A stretch of 64,000 bases of DNA from an uncultured bacterium. GTDB taxonomy: Bacteria; Verrucomicrobiota; Verrucomicrobiia; Verrucomicrobiales; DEV007. The stretch is taken from assembly GCA_963977015.1 (NCBI GenBank), contig CAXBMO010000001.1, forward strand, positions 192,001 to 256,000, written 5' to 3'. Made by a program: the position numbers and the translations under genes. This document shows, piece by piece, positions 18,389 to 28,061 of the stretch. Positions within the stretch are counted from its first letter, which is position 1; each line of letters opens with the position of its first letter. The notes under the pieces are model-generated. The model did not search any database, had not been told where the DNA came from, and was given only the letters and a program-made list of their open reading frames with translations.

Positions 18389-19825
18389 ATGAAACCCCGT
18401 CGCAACTTTCTTACCGGGCTGGCCGGCTCGTTTGGCGGGTTGGCGCTGACGGACTTGTTGGCCACAGATGGCGTTCTTAAGGCGAAGCATCATCCGGCGA
18501 AAGCGAAGCAAGTCATTCAACTGTTCATGGCGGGAGCCGCCAGTCACGTCGATCTGTTCGACCACAAACCGCAGTTGGAGAAGGAGCATGGCCAGCAATG
18601 GGATCCGGGGGAGGACGTGGAGTTGTTCCAGAGCTCTCCGGGCGCGAGCGCCAAATCGTATTGGGATTTCCATCCGTATGGCCAATGTGGAAAGCCGCTC
18701 AGTGAGGTGGTGAACCCGTTGGGAAGTGTGGTCGATGAAATGGCGTTCGTGCACAACCTGGTGGGGCAGACCGGCGTTCACAGCCAGGGGACGTTGCTGC
18801 AGACGACCGGGTTTGGGCGGCCGGGGTTTCCCAGCGCTGGTTCCTGGATCAGTTATGCGCTCGGCTCGGAGAATGAGAATTTGCCGAGCTTTGTCGTTTT
18901 GCCGGATCATCGCGGGTTTGCCTCCAACGGGGTGAAGAACTGGTCGTCCATGTTTCTTCCGGCGGAACATCAGGGAACCGTGATTCGGCCGGGAGACAAA
19001 ACGCCGATCAACGATCTGTTCCCACCGGAGAAGGACGAGTTCATCACTCCGGACGCGGATCGCGACGCTCAAAAACTGCTTCGCACCTTGAATCGGAAAC
19101 ACGCGGCGACTCGACCGGGAGACAGTCGGCTTCACGCGCGCATTCGCAGCTATGAACTCGCTGCGCAAATGCAACTGAGCGCGACGGAAGCTCTCGATGT
19201 TTCTCGCGAACCGCAGCACATCAAGGATCTCTACGGACTCGCTCCGGAAGGTCCCGGCATCGACGATTCGAAGATCAATCCCAAAGCCGAGGCCGAGTTT
19301 TTCGGGCGAAAGTGTCTCATTGCGCGGCGGTTGATTGAGCGGGGCGTGCGTTTTGTCCAGATTTTCAGCGGCAACGAAAACGGCTTCCCGCGCCGCAACT
19401 GGGATTCCCACGAAGATGTGAAACGGGACCACGGTCCGCTTGCGCATGGAATGGCCGTTGGTGCGGCGGGGTTGATCCGGGATCTCAAACAGCGCGGCAT
19501 GTTGGACGACACGCTCATCCTCTGGACCACCGAGTTTGGACGGATGCCTTGTGCCCAGCGTGGAACCGGGCGCGATCACAACCCGTTCGTTTTCACGAAC
19601 TGGCTTTGCGGGGGCGGGATCAAGGGAGGCACCACCGTGGGCGAAAGTGATGAATGGGGTTTCAAACCACTCGATCGCGAAAACCCGACTCAGGTCTACG
19701 ACATTCACGCCACCATGCTCCACCTCCTTGGCATTGATCACCAGCGCCTCACCGTTCGGCATGATTCGATCGATCGTCGCCTGACCGATGTGCATGGTCA
19801 CGTGATCAGGGGACTTCTATCATGA
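18389..19825 (+). CDS. DUF1501 family protein
   Basis: Twin-Arg PRRNFL, HHPAKAKQVIQLFMAGAASHVDLFDHKP, ARRLIERGVRFVQ, WDSH, EFGRMP, GRDHNP. Confidence 0.93.
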   Translation: MKPRRNFLTGLAGSFGGLALTDLLATDGVLKAKHHPAKAKQVIQLFMAGAASHVDLFDHKPQLEKEHGQQWDPGEDVELFQSSPGASAKSYWDFHPYGQCGKPLSEVVNPLGSVVDEMAFVHNLVGQTGVHSQGTLLQTTGFGRPGFPSAGSWISYALGSENENLPSFVVLPDHRGFASNGVKNWSSMFLPAEHQGTVIRPGDKTPINDLFPPEKDEFITPDADRDAQKLLRTLNRKHAATRPGDSRLHARIRSYELAAQMQLSATEALDVSREPQHIKDLYGLAPEGPGIDDSKINPKAEAEFFGRKCLIARRLIERGVRFVQIFSGNENGFPRRNWDSHEDVKRDHGPLAHGMAVGAAGLIRDLKQRGMLDDTLILWTTEFGRMPCAQRGTGRDHNPFVFTNWLCGGGIKGGTTVGESDEWGFKPLDRENPTQVYDIHATMLHLLGIDHQRLTVRHDSIDRRLTDVHGHVIRGLLS

Positions 19826-20289
19826 GCGAATCATCCAAGCCGAAAATCCGTTATGCGCACGTCAACATCATTGCCGAGGATTGGCGTGAGTTGATGCGGT
19901 TTTATGTCGAGGTTTTCGACTGTGAGCCGGTTGGCTCTGAGCGGGACCATCACGGCCAGCACACCGATGATCTCACGGGTATGAAGGATGTCCGCGTCGT
20001 GGGCCAGCATTTGCGGGTTCCCGGTCACGGCCCAAACGGCCCCACCATCGAGATTTTCGGCTACAACAAGCAGCTTCCCCAGCAAAAGCCCGCGATCAAT
20101 CGCCCGGGGTTCGCGCACATTGCCTTTGAGGTTGAGGATTTCGAAGGCGTGCGTCGGCAAGTTCTGGATTGGGGAGGAGAAGACTACGGCAAGGAGATCA
20201 CCATCGAGATTCCAGGAGCCGGGAAACTGACGCTCATTTACCTGACGGATCCGGAGGGGAACATCATTGAGCTGCAACGCTGGCACTAG
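19822..20289 (+). CDS. VOC/glyoxalase family protein
   Basis: YAHVNII..FYVEVF...GFAHIAFEV...DPEGNIIEL. ATGA overlap with DUF1501. Confidence 0.88.
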   Translation: MSESSKPKIRYAHVNIIAEDWRELMRFYVEVFDCEPVGSERDHHGQHTDDLTGMKDVRVVGQHLRVPGHGPNGPTIEIFGYNKQLPQQKPAINRPGFAHIAFEVEDFEGVRRQVLDWGGEDYGKEITIEIPGAGKLTLIYLTDPEGNIIELQRWH

Positions 20290-20371
20290 CCAAAAACGGC
20301 GTTGATTGCGCCGTTGGTTTCGATTTGGAAAGTTTGGAAGATTTTTGGGCAGAATGATGTGAAGTAAGTGT

Positions 20372-23300
20372 ATGCGAAAAATTCCCTTCAGCTTCGTTTT
20401 CGCCGTGATTGGTGCGCTGGTAACGCTCATCCACGCGTCGCCGATTCAGGATGTCGTCGAGCAGGCCGAGCCGGTCGCTCGCTGGACCTTTGATCATTCC
20501 GGCTCCTTCAATCCACCGGGACAGGGGGCGGAATTGGGAGAAGGACCGCGTTCGCCCGAGTTTCCGGACTTCGACGATCGCAATATGGCACTTCGATTTG
20601 AGAGTCCGGGGCGGATCGAGGTTTCCGATTCTCCCGAGCTTCGGTTCGACAATGGGGACGAGATCACGATTGAGGCGTGGGTGAACCCAGCCACGTCTTT
20701 CTCGAGTCAGGGCTACATTATCGGGAAGGGGCGAACCTCTAATTCCGGCTTTGCAACGACGAACCAGAATTGGGGATTCCGGCTTCGACAAACCGGTGCG
20801 GGAGCCTGCGTGAATTTCCTCTTTCGCAGCCGGAAGAATGGCGATCACCCCGGAGATTGGCATCGCTGGACATCGACGCGAGGATTCGCTGTCGGCAGCG
20901 GATGGCATCACGTGGCGATGAGTTACAAGTTCGGGGACCCCAATAGCATCAAAGGCTTTATCGATGGCAACGAGGTGAAAGGAATATGGGATATGGGTGG
21001 AGCGACGACTCAACCGCCGGTCGTGGACGCCGATCAGGTTTGGATCGGCTCGGCGATGAATGGCGACAAGGGCAATTCCTTTCGCGGTTCAATCGACGAA
21101 CTCGCGCTGTATCGCCGAATTCTCCCGGCCAAGGAGTTGACCGCACGTTGGAAGCACAAGCCTCAACCGTTGGAAATGCCGGAATTGGTCGATGGGAAGG
21201 TTGCGGTTCAGTTGTTCGGCCCCTTGGCAAGCATTGACAAGATTCCAAGCGGCGGAGTGAAGTTGCTCACTGAATGGACTCAGGAGGCCTTTGGATTTAC
21301 CCGTTTGCCGCATCGCTATGATGATTGGGGCGTCCGCGAGGATTGGGGAAAGACGTGTTTGGTTCGCGCGTGGAGCGAAATTGAGCTGCCGGCGGGCACC
21401 CACGAAATCCTGGTGAGATCGCGTGGAATGTCTCGGCTCTGGATTGACGACAAAGTCTTGGCAACGACACGCAAGCAACCGAATCGCGGAGGCGCGCATC
21501 ATGTCGTTGATCCGTTGCCCGAAGTGCCGCGCCCGGGAATGCGACCTGCGGCGATGAATGACGACGAAAAGTTGATCTCGTTCACGTCCACGGGCGGCAA
21601 GCATCGCGTCTTGTGGGAAATCATCATTGGTGGCCCCAAATACCGGCTGGAATTTGGAGAAACCTGTCTTTCCGTGGCGCAGCCGGGCGAAATGTTCCGG
21701 ATTTTGGGAGCGAATCCAACGTTTGAGGTAACGGACGCGGGTTGGTTGGCTTATCGGGCGACTCAGGAACAAATGCTGGACCGGATGGATTCAGCGACCC
21801 GGTTGAAGAAGGGGGCCAGCCAGGACGCCTATTGGGCGAAACGTCACCAGTGGGCGAAGGAACAACTGGATTGGGGGACTCGAGGCGAGACGATTGACGA
21901 CCAATTGAATCAGCGGATCGCGGCCACAAATCAGAAGGCGGGCGAGGGCGATGACCCGACCGGCTTTCATGCCAACATCGAGCCCCTGTTGTCCGAGCAT
22001 TGCTATCGCTGTCACGGTGAGAAGGAGAAGGGCGGATTGAATCTGCAGAATCGGGAGATGGCGTTGAAAGGTGGGGATTCCGAGCTGCCCGCAATCGTTC
22101 CCGGCAAGCCCATGGAAAGCTTCCTGCTGGAAGTGGTCGGACCGGATGCGGGAGATGATAAGATGCCGCCGAAAGGGGAGGGGTTGAGTTCCGGGCAAGT
22201 GGCGATGCTGAAGACGTGGATCGAGCAGGGGGCGCCGATGCCTGAAAAGCAGCGAATGGTGGAAGTTACCCCGATCGTTGATGATGCGACCTTCCTGCGT
22301 CGCGTCTATCTCGATACCGTTGGGGTGGCTCCGACCCTGGCCGAGGCAAAGGCGTTTCTCGCGGATCAAGATTCGACCAAGCGAACCCGGGTCGTTCGGG
22401 AATTGCTCGACGATCCGCGTTGGGCGGATAACTGGGTTGGTTACTGGCAGGATGCGTTGGCGGAAAATCCCAACCTGTTGAAGCCGAACCTCAACAACAC
22501 CGGACCATTCCGGTTCTGGATTTACGAGGCCGTGCTCGACAACAAGCCCATGGATCGCTTTGCGACCGAATTGATGATGATGCGCGGCAGCACCTGGGGA
22601 GGTGGCGCCGCTGGATTCTCGATTGCCTCGCAAAATGACGTGCCGATGGCGGCGAAGGCGCATGTGGTTGGTTCCGCATTCCTTGGCGTGGAGATGAAGT
22701 GTGCGCGTTGTCACGATGCCCCGTATCACGAATGGACCCAGGGCGACCTGTTCCAAATGGCGGCGATGCTGGATCGTAAAACACTGGCGATTCCAAAAAC
22801 GAGCACGGTTCCTGCCGCATTTTTCGAGGCGAACAAGGATCGAAAGGCGTTGATCGAAGTCACCCTGAAAGAAGGCGCCAGAGTTCCGCCCGAGTTTCCC
22901 TTCAGCAGTGAAGAGTGGAATTATCCCTCAAGCTATCCTCCCGAATTTCTGCGCAAGCCTGACGATACCCGCGAGCAGCTCGCGGCGGATGTCACGACGT
23001 CTTTTCGCTTCGCTCGAGTCATTGCGAATCGGGTTTGGGCGCGCTACATGGGGGCTGGCATTGTTGATCCCGTTGATGATTGGGAAGGCAATGCCCCGAG
23101 TGATCCGGAGTTGCTCGCCCTTCTCCAGAATCAGTTCATCAATGACGGCTATGATCTGAAGAAGCTGGCCTTCCGAATTTTGACGAGCGAAGCCTATCAG
23201 CGGGAAGCGATCGAGAAGCCCGTCAATTCCCCCTCGGAGGAGCGTTTCTTTCAGGCTCCCTATCGCCGCCGCATGAGTGCTGAGCAGATTGTGGACACCG

Positions 23301-23989
23301 CGTTTCATGCGGCAGGTCAGGAGATGCGGACCGAAGAGCTGACCATGGATATTGAGGGGACGCTCGACGCCTCCCGGTTCCTGAATTTCGGCTATCCGCA
23401 GCGCGCCTGGGAATTCACCACACTCGCCAACGAGCGGGATCGGCCCAGTTTGGCGATTCCGCGGGCGCAAGCTGTCGCGAACGTGCTCAAGGCATTTGGT
23501 TGGCGCAATTCGCGTCCCGAGCCTTCCACTCATCGCGAAGAAGAGCCCAATTTGATCCAACCAGGTGTTTTGGCCAATGGTGTTCTTGGCACCTGGCTGA
23601 CCCGGTTGAGCGACGATAGCGAATTGACGGTGCTTGCGAGAAATGCCGAGACCGTCGATTCGCTCGTGGACGACCTCTTTCTCCAAATTCTGACGCGCTA
23701 CCCCTCAGATGCTGAGCGAGCTCAATTCGTCGAAATGCTGGCTCCCGGATTCGAAAATCGCAACTTTTCTCAATCCGAGATCGCGCCTGCTCCCAAACCC
23801 CGCCGATTTCGCCATGTCTCTTGGTCCAATCATCTGAACTCGGAGGCGAATAAGATTAAGGTTGAGATGGAAGCCTTTGCGCGTGAGGGAGATCCGCCTA
23901 CCCGGTATTTGCGACCGGTTTGGCGGGAGCAGATGGAAGACGCGATTTGGGCGTTGTTGAATTCGCCGGAAATGGTGATGATTCCGTGA
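20372..23989 (+). CDS. LamG-like + cytochrome c + DUF1549/DUF1553 multidomain protein
   Basis: Signal peptide, LamG (TIEAWV, WHHVAM, FRGSIDELALY), CYRCH, FLRRVYLD, CARCHDAP, ANRVWARYMG. Confidence 0.88.
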   Translation: MRKIPFSFVFAVIGALVTLIHASPIQDVVEQAEPVARWTFDHSGSFNPPGQGAELGEGPRSPEFPDFDDRNMALRFESPGRIEVSDSPELRFDNGDEITIEAWVNPATSFSSQGYIIGKGRTSNSGFATTNQNWGFRLRQTGAGACVNFLFRSRKNGDHPGDWHRWTSTRGFAVGSGWHHVAMSYKFGDPNSIKGFIDGNEVKGIWDMGGATTQPPVVDADQVWIGSAMNGDKGNSFRGSIDELALYRRILPAKELTARWKHKPQPLEMPELVDGKVAVQLFGPLASIDKIPSGGVKLLTEWTQEAFGFTRLPHRYDDWGVREDWGKTCLVRAWSEIELPAGTHEILVRSRGMSRLWIDDKVLATTRKQPNRGGAHHVVDPLPEVPRPGMRPAAMNDDEKLISFTSTGGKHRVLWEIIIGGPKYRLEFGETCLSVAQPGEMFRILGANPTFEVTDAGWLAYRATQEQMLDRMDSATRLKKGASQDAYWAKRHQWAKEQLDWGTRGETIDDQLNQRIAATNQKAGEGDDPTGFHANIEPLLSEHCYRCHGEKEKGGLNLQNREMALKGGDSELPAIVPGKPMESFLLEVVGPDAGDDKMPPKGEGLSSGQVAMLKTWIEQGAPMPEKQRMVEVTPIVDDATFLRRVYLDTVGVAPTLAEAKAFLADQDSTKRTRVVRELLDDPRWADNWVGYWQDALAENPNLLKPNLNNTGPFRFWIYEAVLDNKPMDRFATELMMMRGSTWGGGAAGFSIASQNDVPMAAKAHVVGSAFLGVEMKCARCHDAPYHEWTQGDLFQMAAMLDRKTLAIPKTSTVPAAFFEANKDRKALIEVTLKEGARVPPEFPFSSEEWNYPSSYPPEFLRKPDDTREQLAADVTTSFRFARVIANRVWARYMGAGIVDPVDDWEGNAPSDPELLALLQNQFINDGYDLKKLAFRILTSEAYQREAIEKPVNSPSEERFFQAPYRRRMSAEQIVDTAFHAAGQEMRTEELTMDIEGTLDASRFLNFGYPQRAWEFTTLANERDRPSLAIPRAQAVANVLKAFGWRNSRPEPSTHREEEPNLIQPGVLANGVLGTWLTRLSDDSELTVLARNAETVDSLVDDLFLQILTRYPSDAERAQFVEMLAPGFENRNFSQSEIAPAPKPRRFRHVSWSNHLNSEANKIKVEMEAFAREGDPPTRYLRPVWREQMEDAIWALLNSPEMVMIP

Positions 23990-24130
23990 GGTATTGTCCC
24001 GTTAGGCTTCGATAAATGAGCATCAAGCTGTTGCATTTTTCGAATACTCCAGCAATTATGGAGAATTGATTCGATTTCGGAATTCATCAAAAATCGGACA
24101 ATCAGCCCAAATATCACTGCCTACCCATCT

Positions 24131-25426
24131 ATGGAAAACCTTGTGCAATCTTGGAAAGCTCGTCTCAACGCCTCAAATCTGGACGAATCGCGGAAACTCG
24201 AGTTCAAGACTGTGATCAGCCAGTTTCTCAGCGACTGGGACCACCTGGCGAATTCCGACCAAGGGCCTACCCGGGTACAAGCTTCCCAGAGTCTCCGTCA
24301 ATTGCGTGAAAAGCGGAGTAGTGCAGAAAAGATCCAGTCTTGGCGGGATGCTTTCGATTGGTATTTCGACGCCGATCAATCCGCTGCCAAAGAGGAGAAG
24401 TCACGCCTCAAGGCATTTGCCCAAGGTTTTCAAAAACGGGCAATGCCATTGCCAAACGTGGCCGGACCGGGATCCGCTCCCATCTTGAATCGCGTGGCCT
24501 ACGATCGCGCCGCGAATGCCCAGAATCTTCGTGAGCGCACCCGAAAGTCGTATTGGAACTGGTTGCGCCGTTACGATCAGTTTTGCCGCAAGGCACAGAT
24601 CGATCTGGATTTGGCGAGCAGCGTGGAGGCGTTTCTCGATCATCTTCGCGATGAGGAAAAACTGGCGCCGATGAGCCGGACGCAGGCCTTGAACGCGCTG
24701 AAGTTTCTTTACCGCCACGTTTTTTCAAAACCCTTCGAAGCCAAAGTCAAGCCCGCCCGAAAAAGTGAGCGGACGCCGGTCGTCTTGAGCCGCAAGGAAC
24801 TGGAGTTGCTGTTTGAGGCAATGGAGCCGGATCTGCAATTGATGTGCCGCGTCATGTATGGTGCGGGCTTGAAGCTGACGGAGCTTCTCGAGCTTCGGGT
24901 TCGCGACATCGACTTGGAAGAGAAAAGGCTCGTGGTTCCGGATAGTCGAGGCGAAGCCAAACGAACGGCTCCGCTCCCGAATGCGGTCCAATCCGAACTC
25001 AAGACTCATCTTGAGACGGTCCTGCAACGGTATGAGTCGGATCGTCATCACGGCGCTCCCGGAGCAATGGTTTCGGAGGCGATTCTCTTGCGTCATCCTG
25101 AGGCTGACTCGGCCTGGGATTGGCAGTGGGTGTTCCCGTCCCGCAACTGGACGAGAGATTCCGAAACCAATCAGCGTCGTCGCCATCACTGGAACGCGTT
25201 CACCTTTCAGCGAAGCGTGAAGCGGGCGGGCGAAAAAGCAGGCTTGACCAAGAAAGTCACGCCGCATGTGTTTCGCCACAGCTTTGCCACGCATCTCCTT
25301 CAGTCCGGCACCGATCCCAAAGCGGTGCAAAAGCTGATGGGGCACCGCACGCTGGAAACCACGCTTTCCTACCTCCATGCCATCCGCAACGAGCAGGAAG
25401 TGATTCGCAGCCCTCTCGATTATTGA
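24131..25426 (+). CDS. Integron integrase-like tyrosine recombinase with substituted catalytic Arg/Lys
   Basis: SAM-like N-domain (SRTQALNALKFLYRHV), PVVLSRKE, IntI patch WQWVFPS...RRHH, PHVFRHSFATHLL, GH..TTLSY, C-terminal SPLD. Confidence 0.85.
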   Translation: MENLVQSWKARLNASNLDESRKLEFKTVISQFLSDWDHLANSDQGPTRVQASQSLRQLREKRSSAEKIQSWRDAFDWYFDADQSAAKEEKSRLKAFAQGFQKRAMPLPNVAGPGSAPILNRVAYDRAANAQNLRERTRKSYWNWLRRYDQFCRKAQIDLDLASSVEAFLDHLRDEEKLAPMSRTQALNALKFLYRHVFSKPFEAKVKPARKSERTPVVLSRKELELLFEAMEPDLQLMCRVMYGAGLKLTELLELRVRDIDLEEKRLVVPDSRGEAKRTAPLPNAVQSELKTHLETVLQRYESDRHHGAPGAMVSEAILLRHPEADSAWDWQWVFPSRNWTRDSETNQRRRHHWNAFTFQRSVKRAGEKAGLTKKVTPHVFRHSFATHLLQSGTDPKAVQKLMGHRTLETTLSYLHAIRNEQEVIRSPLDY

Positions 25427-25555
25427 TCGGAGAGGGATTATGGTCATGTGGGGAGGTGTCCTCACACTTCCGCATCTTCTTCCGGTTTTCGGGTTGTCTT
25501 CTCGCGCTTTTCCGCAATCTTTTGCGCCTTGGTGCGTCCAAACCCAACTACGTTG

Positions 25556-26194
25556 ATGATTTACCGTCGCGAACTCAGAGCATTTCTCTTTATTCTCTCC
25601 ACTTGCGCAGCTGCATTCCTGCTTTCCAGCTGTGGATCCGTGATGTCCTCGCCCGGTGCCGACCGCTATCTTCCCTATGAGATTGCCAACCCTTCCCAAC
25701 TTGGCAGCCAAAAGACGGAGGACAGCCCCATCGCGGATCAGGTTTCCCATTGGGAAGGGGATGGAGTGCGTGGGCAGCCAAAGATCGTCATCGATGTATC
25801 CGACCAACGCGCTTATTTTTACAAAGGGAACCACCTCGTGGGAGTGTCGAAAGTCTCCAGCGGCAAGGATGGGCACATGACGCCAACGGGAAGCTTCAAA
25901 ATTACTCAGAAGAGTAAGGATCACCGTTCCAATCTCTACGGAAACTATGTGTATCCGGACGGAACGGTTGCTCAGGCCGACGTTGACGTTACGAAAGATC
26001 CCAAACCTTCAGGATCGCAGTTTGAAGGAGCGCCGATGCCCTATTTTATGCGATTTCACGGTGGAGTCGGCCTTCATGCCGGATACTTGCCAGGGTATGC
26101 GGCCAGTCATGGTTGTGTCAGGATGCCGCGGCGCATGGCGGAAATCTATTTCAACAATGTGAACCTCAAGACTCCGGTCGTTGTTCAGCCGTGA
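25556..26194 (+). CDS. L,D-transpeptidase (YkuD) family lipoprotein
   Basis: Lipobox LSSC, TPTGSFKI, MPYFMRF, LHAGYLPGYAASHGCVRM. Confidence 0.88.
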   Translation: MIYRRELRAFLFILSTCAAAFLLSSCGSVMSSPGADRYLPYEIANPSQLGSQKTEDSPIADQVSHWEGDGVRGQPKIVIDVSDQRAYFYKGNHLVGVSKVSSGKDGHMTPTGSFKITQKSKDHRSNLYGNYVYPDGTVAQADVDVTKDPKPSGSQFEGAPMPYFMRFHGGVGLHAGYLPGYAASHGCVRMPRRMAEIYFNNVNLKTPVVVQP

Positions 26195-26547
26195 GCGAAC
26201 CCGGATTTCCAGATCCCTCGACCACCTTGGAGATTGATCTGGAGGGCGTAGCCCAATTGAAGCAGTCTGATGTTGAGTTTGTGCTCGTCGATTGCCGGGA
26301 ACAGGACGAGTACGACTTTTGCCGAATCGAGGGATCGCGACTGATTCCGCTGAGCCAATTCGCCGAGTTGGCAACGGTCAGTTTGACCGACCGGGAACTT
26401 CCTGTCGTTGTCTATTGTCACCACGGGATGCGGTCCCTCCAGGCAACACAGTTTCTCCGCTCGAAAGGCTTCAAATCCGTTTTTAGCATGCGGGGTGGAA
26501 TTGACGCCTGGTCGATTGAGATTGATCCGAGTATCGCGCGGTATTAA
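26191..26547 (+). CDS. Rhodanese-like sulfurtransferase
   Basis: LVDCREQDEY, VVYCHHGMRS, GGIDAWSIEIDPSIARY. GTG start overlaps the previous stop. Confidence 0.88.
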   Translation: MSEPGFPDPSTTLEIDLEGVAQLKQSDVEFVLVDCREQDEYDFCRIEGSRLIPLSQFAELATVSLTDRELPVVVYCHHGMRSLQATQFLRSKGFKSVFSMRGGIDAWSIEIDPSIARY

Positions 26548-27372
26548 TTGAGCGTCGTGGAAACTGCTCAACCGCCAGTTGCGTTGACCATTGCAGGGTC
26601 GGATTGCTCGGCCGGAGCCGGGTTGCAGGCGGATTTGAAGGCGTTTTCCGCGTGCGGAGTTTACGGCGTCACCGCAGTTTCCGCCTTGGTGGTCGAGGCT
26701 CCGGGAATCGTCAGCCGCGTCGAAGCTCAACTGCCGGAAGTCGTCGCGGAGCAGGTTCGGCTTCTGAGCGATACGTTTCCGATCGCCGCGGCGAAGACAG
26801 GACTGTTGGCGTCGGCGGACGTGGTCAGGGCTGTGCAAAAGGTTCTCGAACCGACGACCTTTCCACTGGTGGTCGATCCTGTCGCGGTTGCTTCGACTGG
26901 ATACTCGATGGTCGGACCTGGATTTGCCGATGCCCTGCGCGAGTTTATTGAAAAGCGGGCGAGTTTGGTGACTCCGAACCGGAAAGAGGCTGAAGAACTT
27001 CTGGGAAAACCGATCGCATCCTGTGACGCAGCGAAAGAGGCCGCCTCAGCCTTGTCCCGCGAATTGGGATGCCCGGTTTTGCTGAAAGGCGGTCATTTTG
27101 ACGGGAGCGAGTGCGTGGATTTCCTGGCGGAAGGCAACCGAATCGAGTCGATTACCGGGGCGCGAATCCCGGATGGCGATATTCATGGGACGGGGTGCAC
27201 GTATTCCGCGGCCATCACGGCGCGTCTCGCCCAAGGCTTTGAATTGGCTGAAGCGGTGCGATTGGCGCGGCGCTATCTGCACGAAACGCTGGCTGCAGCC
27301 TACGTTTGGCCGAAAATTCGTGGTGAATCCGTCAAAGCCTTGGCTCATTTTCCGGAAAATTCGCAAACGTGA
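26548..27372 (+). CDS. thiD: Hydroxymethylpyrimidine/phosphomethylpyrimidine kinase
   Basis: ALTIAGSDCSAGAGLQADLK, VVDPV, TPNRKEAE, LLKGGH, HGTGCTYSAAI. Confidence 0.93.
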   Translation: MSVVETAQPPVALTIAGSDCSAGAGLQADLKAFSACGVYGVTAVSALVVEAPGIVSRVEAQLPEVVAEQVRLLSDTFPIAAAKTGLLASADVVRAVQKVLEPTTFPLVVDPVAVASTGYSMVGPGFADALREFIEKRASLVTPNRKEAEELLGKPIASCDAAKEAASALSRELGCPVLLKGGHFDGSECVDFLAEGNRIESITGARIPDGDIHGTGCTYSAAITARLAQGFELAEAVRLARRYLHETLAAAYVWPKIRGESVKALAHFPENSQT

Positions 27373-27430
27373 CGGATTCGTAATGGAAAGTGTGGGGTTG
27401 GCGTCATTTTCGACCTTCAACCTGCGATCC

Positions 27431-27982
27431 ATGAAAATCGCTCCTCCCCTTGCGAAACTTGCACCGCTCGCAGCCTTTGCTGTTCTTCAAGCACTCCTGA
27501 TCGCCGCATTGGCGGAAACGCTTGGCCCGTCTGAAGGTAGTCAATCAACGACCAAGATCGTTGCCGAACACAGCAACTTCGATTCGGGCGAAAACCTGGT
27601 GTTGTTTGAAACCGACGTGGTGTTTAGCAATGCCAGCATGACGATGAAGTGCGACACTCTGGAGGTTGAGCTCAATCCGGATCGCAATGAAGGAGTCGGG
27701 GCGGCCGGAAGCATCAAAACCGCGAATGCGAGTGGCTTCGTCGTCATCGAAACCGAGAACCAGGAAGGAGATCCGGTTATCGCAACGGCCCGGAATGCGA
27801 TTTACGACACGGCGCGCGACATGGTGGTGCTCTCCAATTTTCCCAAGATCCAGGACAACGGCCAGGAAGTGATCGGTACATCTTTGGACACTAGGATTTT
27901 TCTCTCGAAAGACGGAAAATACCGCGTGGAAGGCCCAAACCGGACCACCATCCTGCAAAAGAATTTCAACGCCCCCTTTTAA
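27431..27982 (+). CDS. LptA/OstA-like beta-jellyroll periplasmic protein
   Basis: Signal peptide, TKIVAE..FDSGENLVLFETDV, MKCDTLEV, ANASGFVVI, ATARNAIYD...VVLSNFPKI. Confidence 0.72.
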   Translation: MKIAPPLAKLAPLAAFAVLQALLIAALAETLGPSEGSQSTTKIVAEHSNFDSGENLVLFETDVVFSNASMTMKCDTLEVELNPDRNEGVGAAGSIKTANASGFVVIETENQEGDPVIATARNAIYDTARDMVVLSNFPKIQDNGQEVIGTSLDTRIFLSKDGKYRVEGPNRTTILQKNFNAPF

Positions 27983-28061
27983 CCTCAATCTCCTGTTTAT
28001 GGTTCAGCTGAGTTCCCATTCCTTCTCGACGTAAGCTACCCGATCGGCCAAAGTCATTGGT

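Noticed and set aside
23990-24130. attI/attC site or SOS box upstream of the integrase (GTTAGGC at 24001)
   Set aside because: Only a single 7-mer core. No matching RYYYAAC inverse core, no cassette-like genes, and no TGTTC-N4-GAACA verrucomicrobial LexA box seen.
26191-26548. TPP riboswitch for thiD
   Set aside because: thiD directly abuts the rhodanese gene; there is no leader and no THI-box motif.
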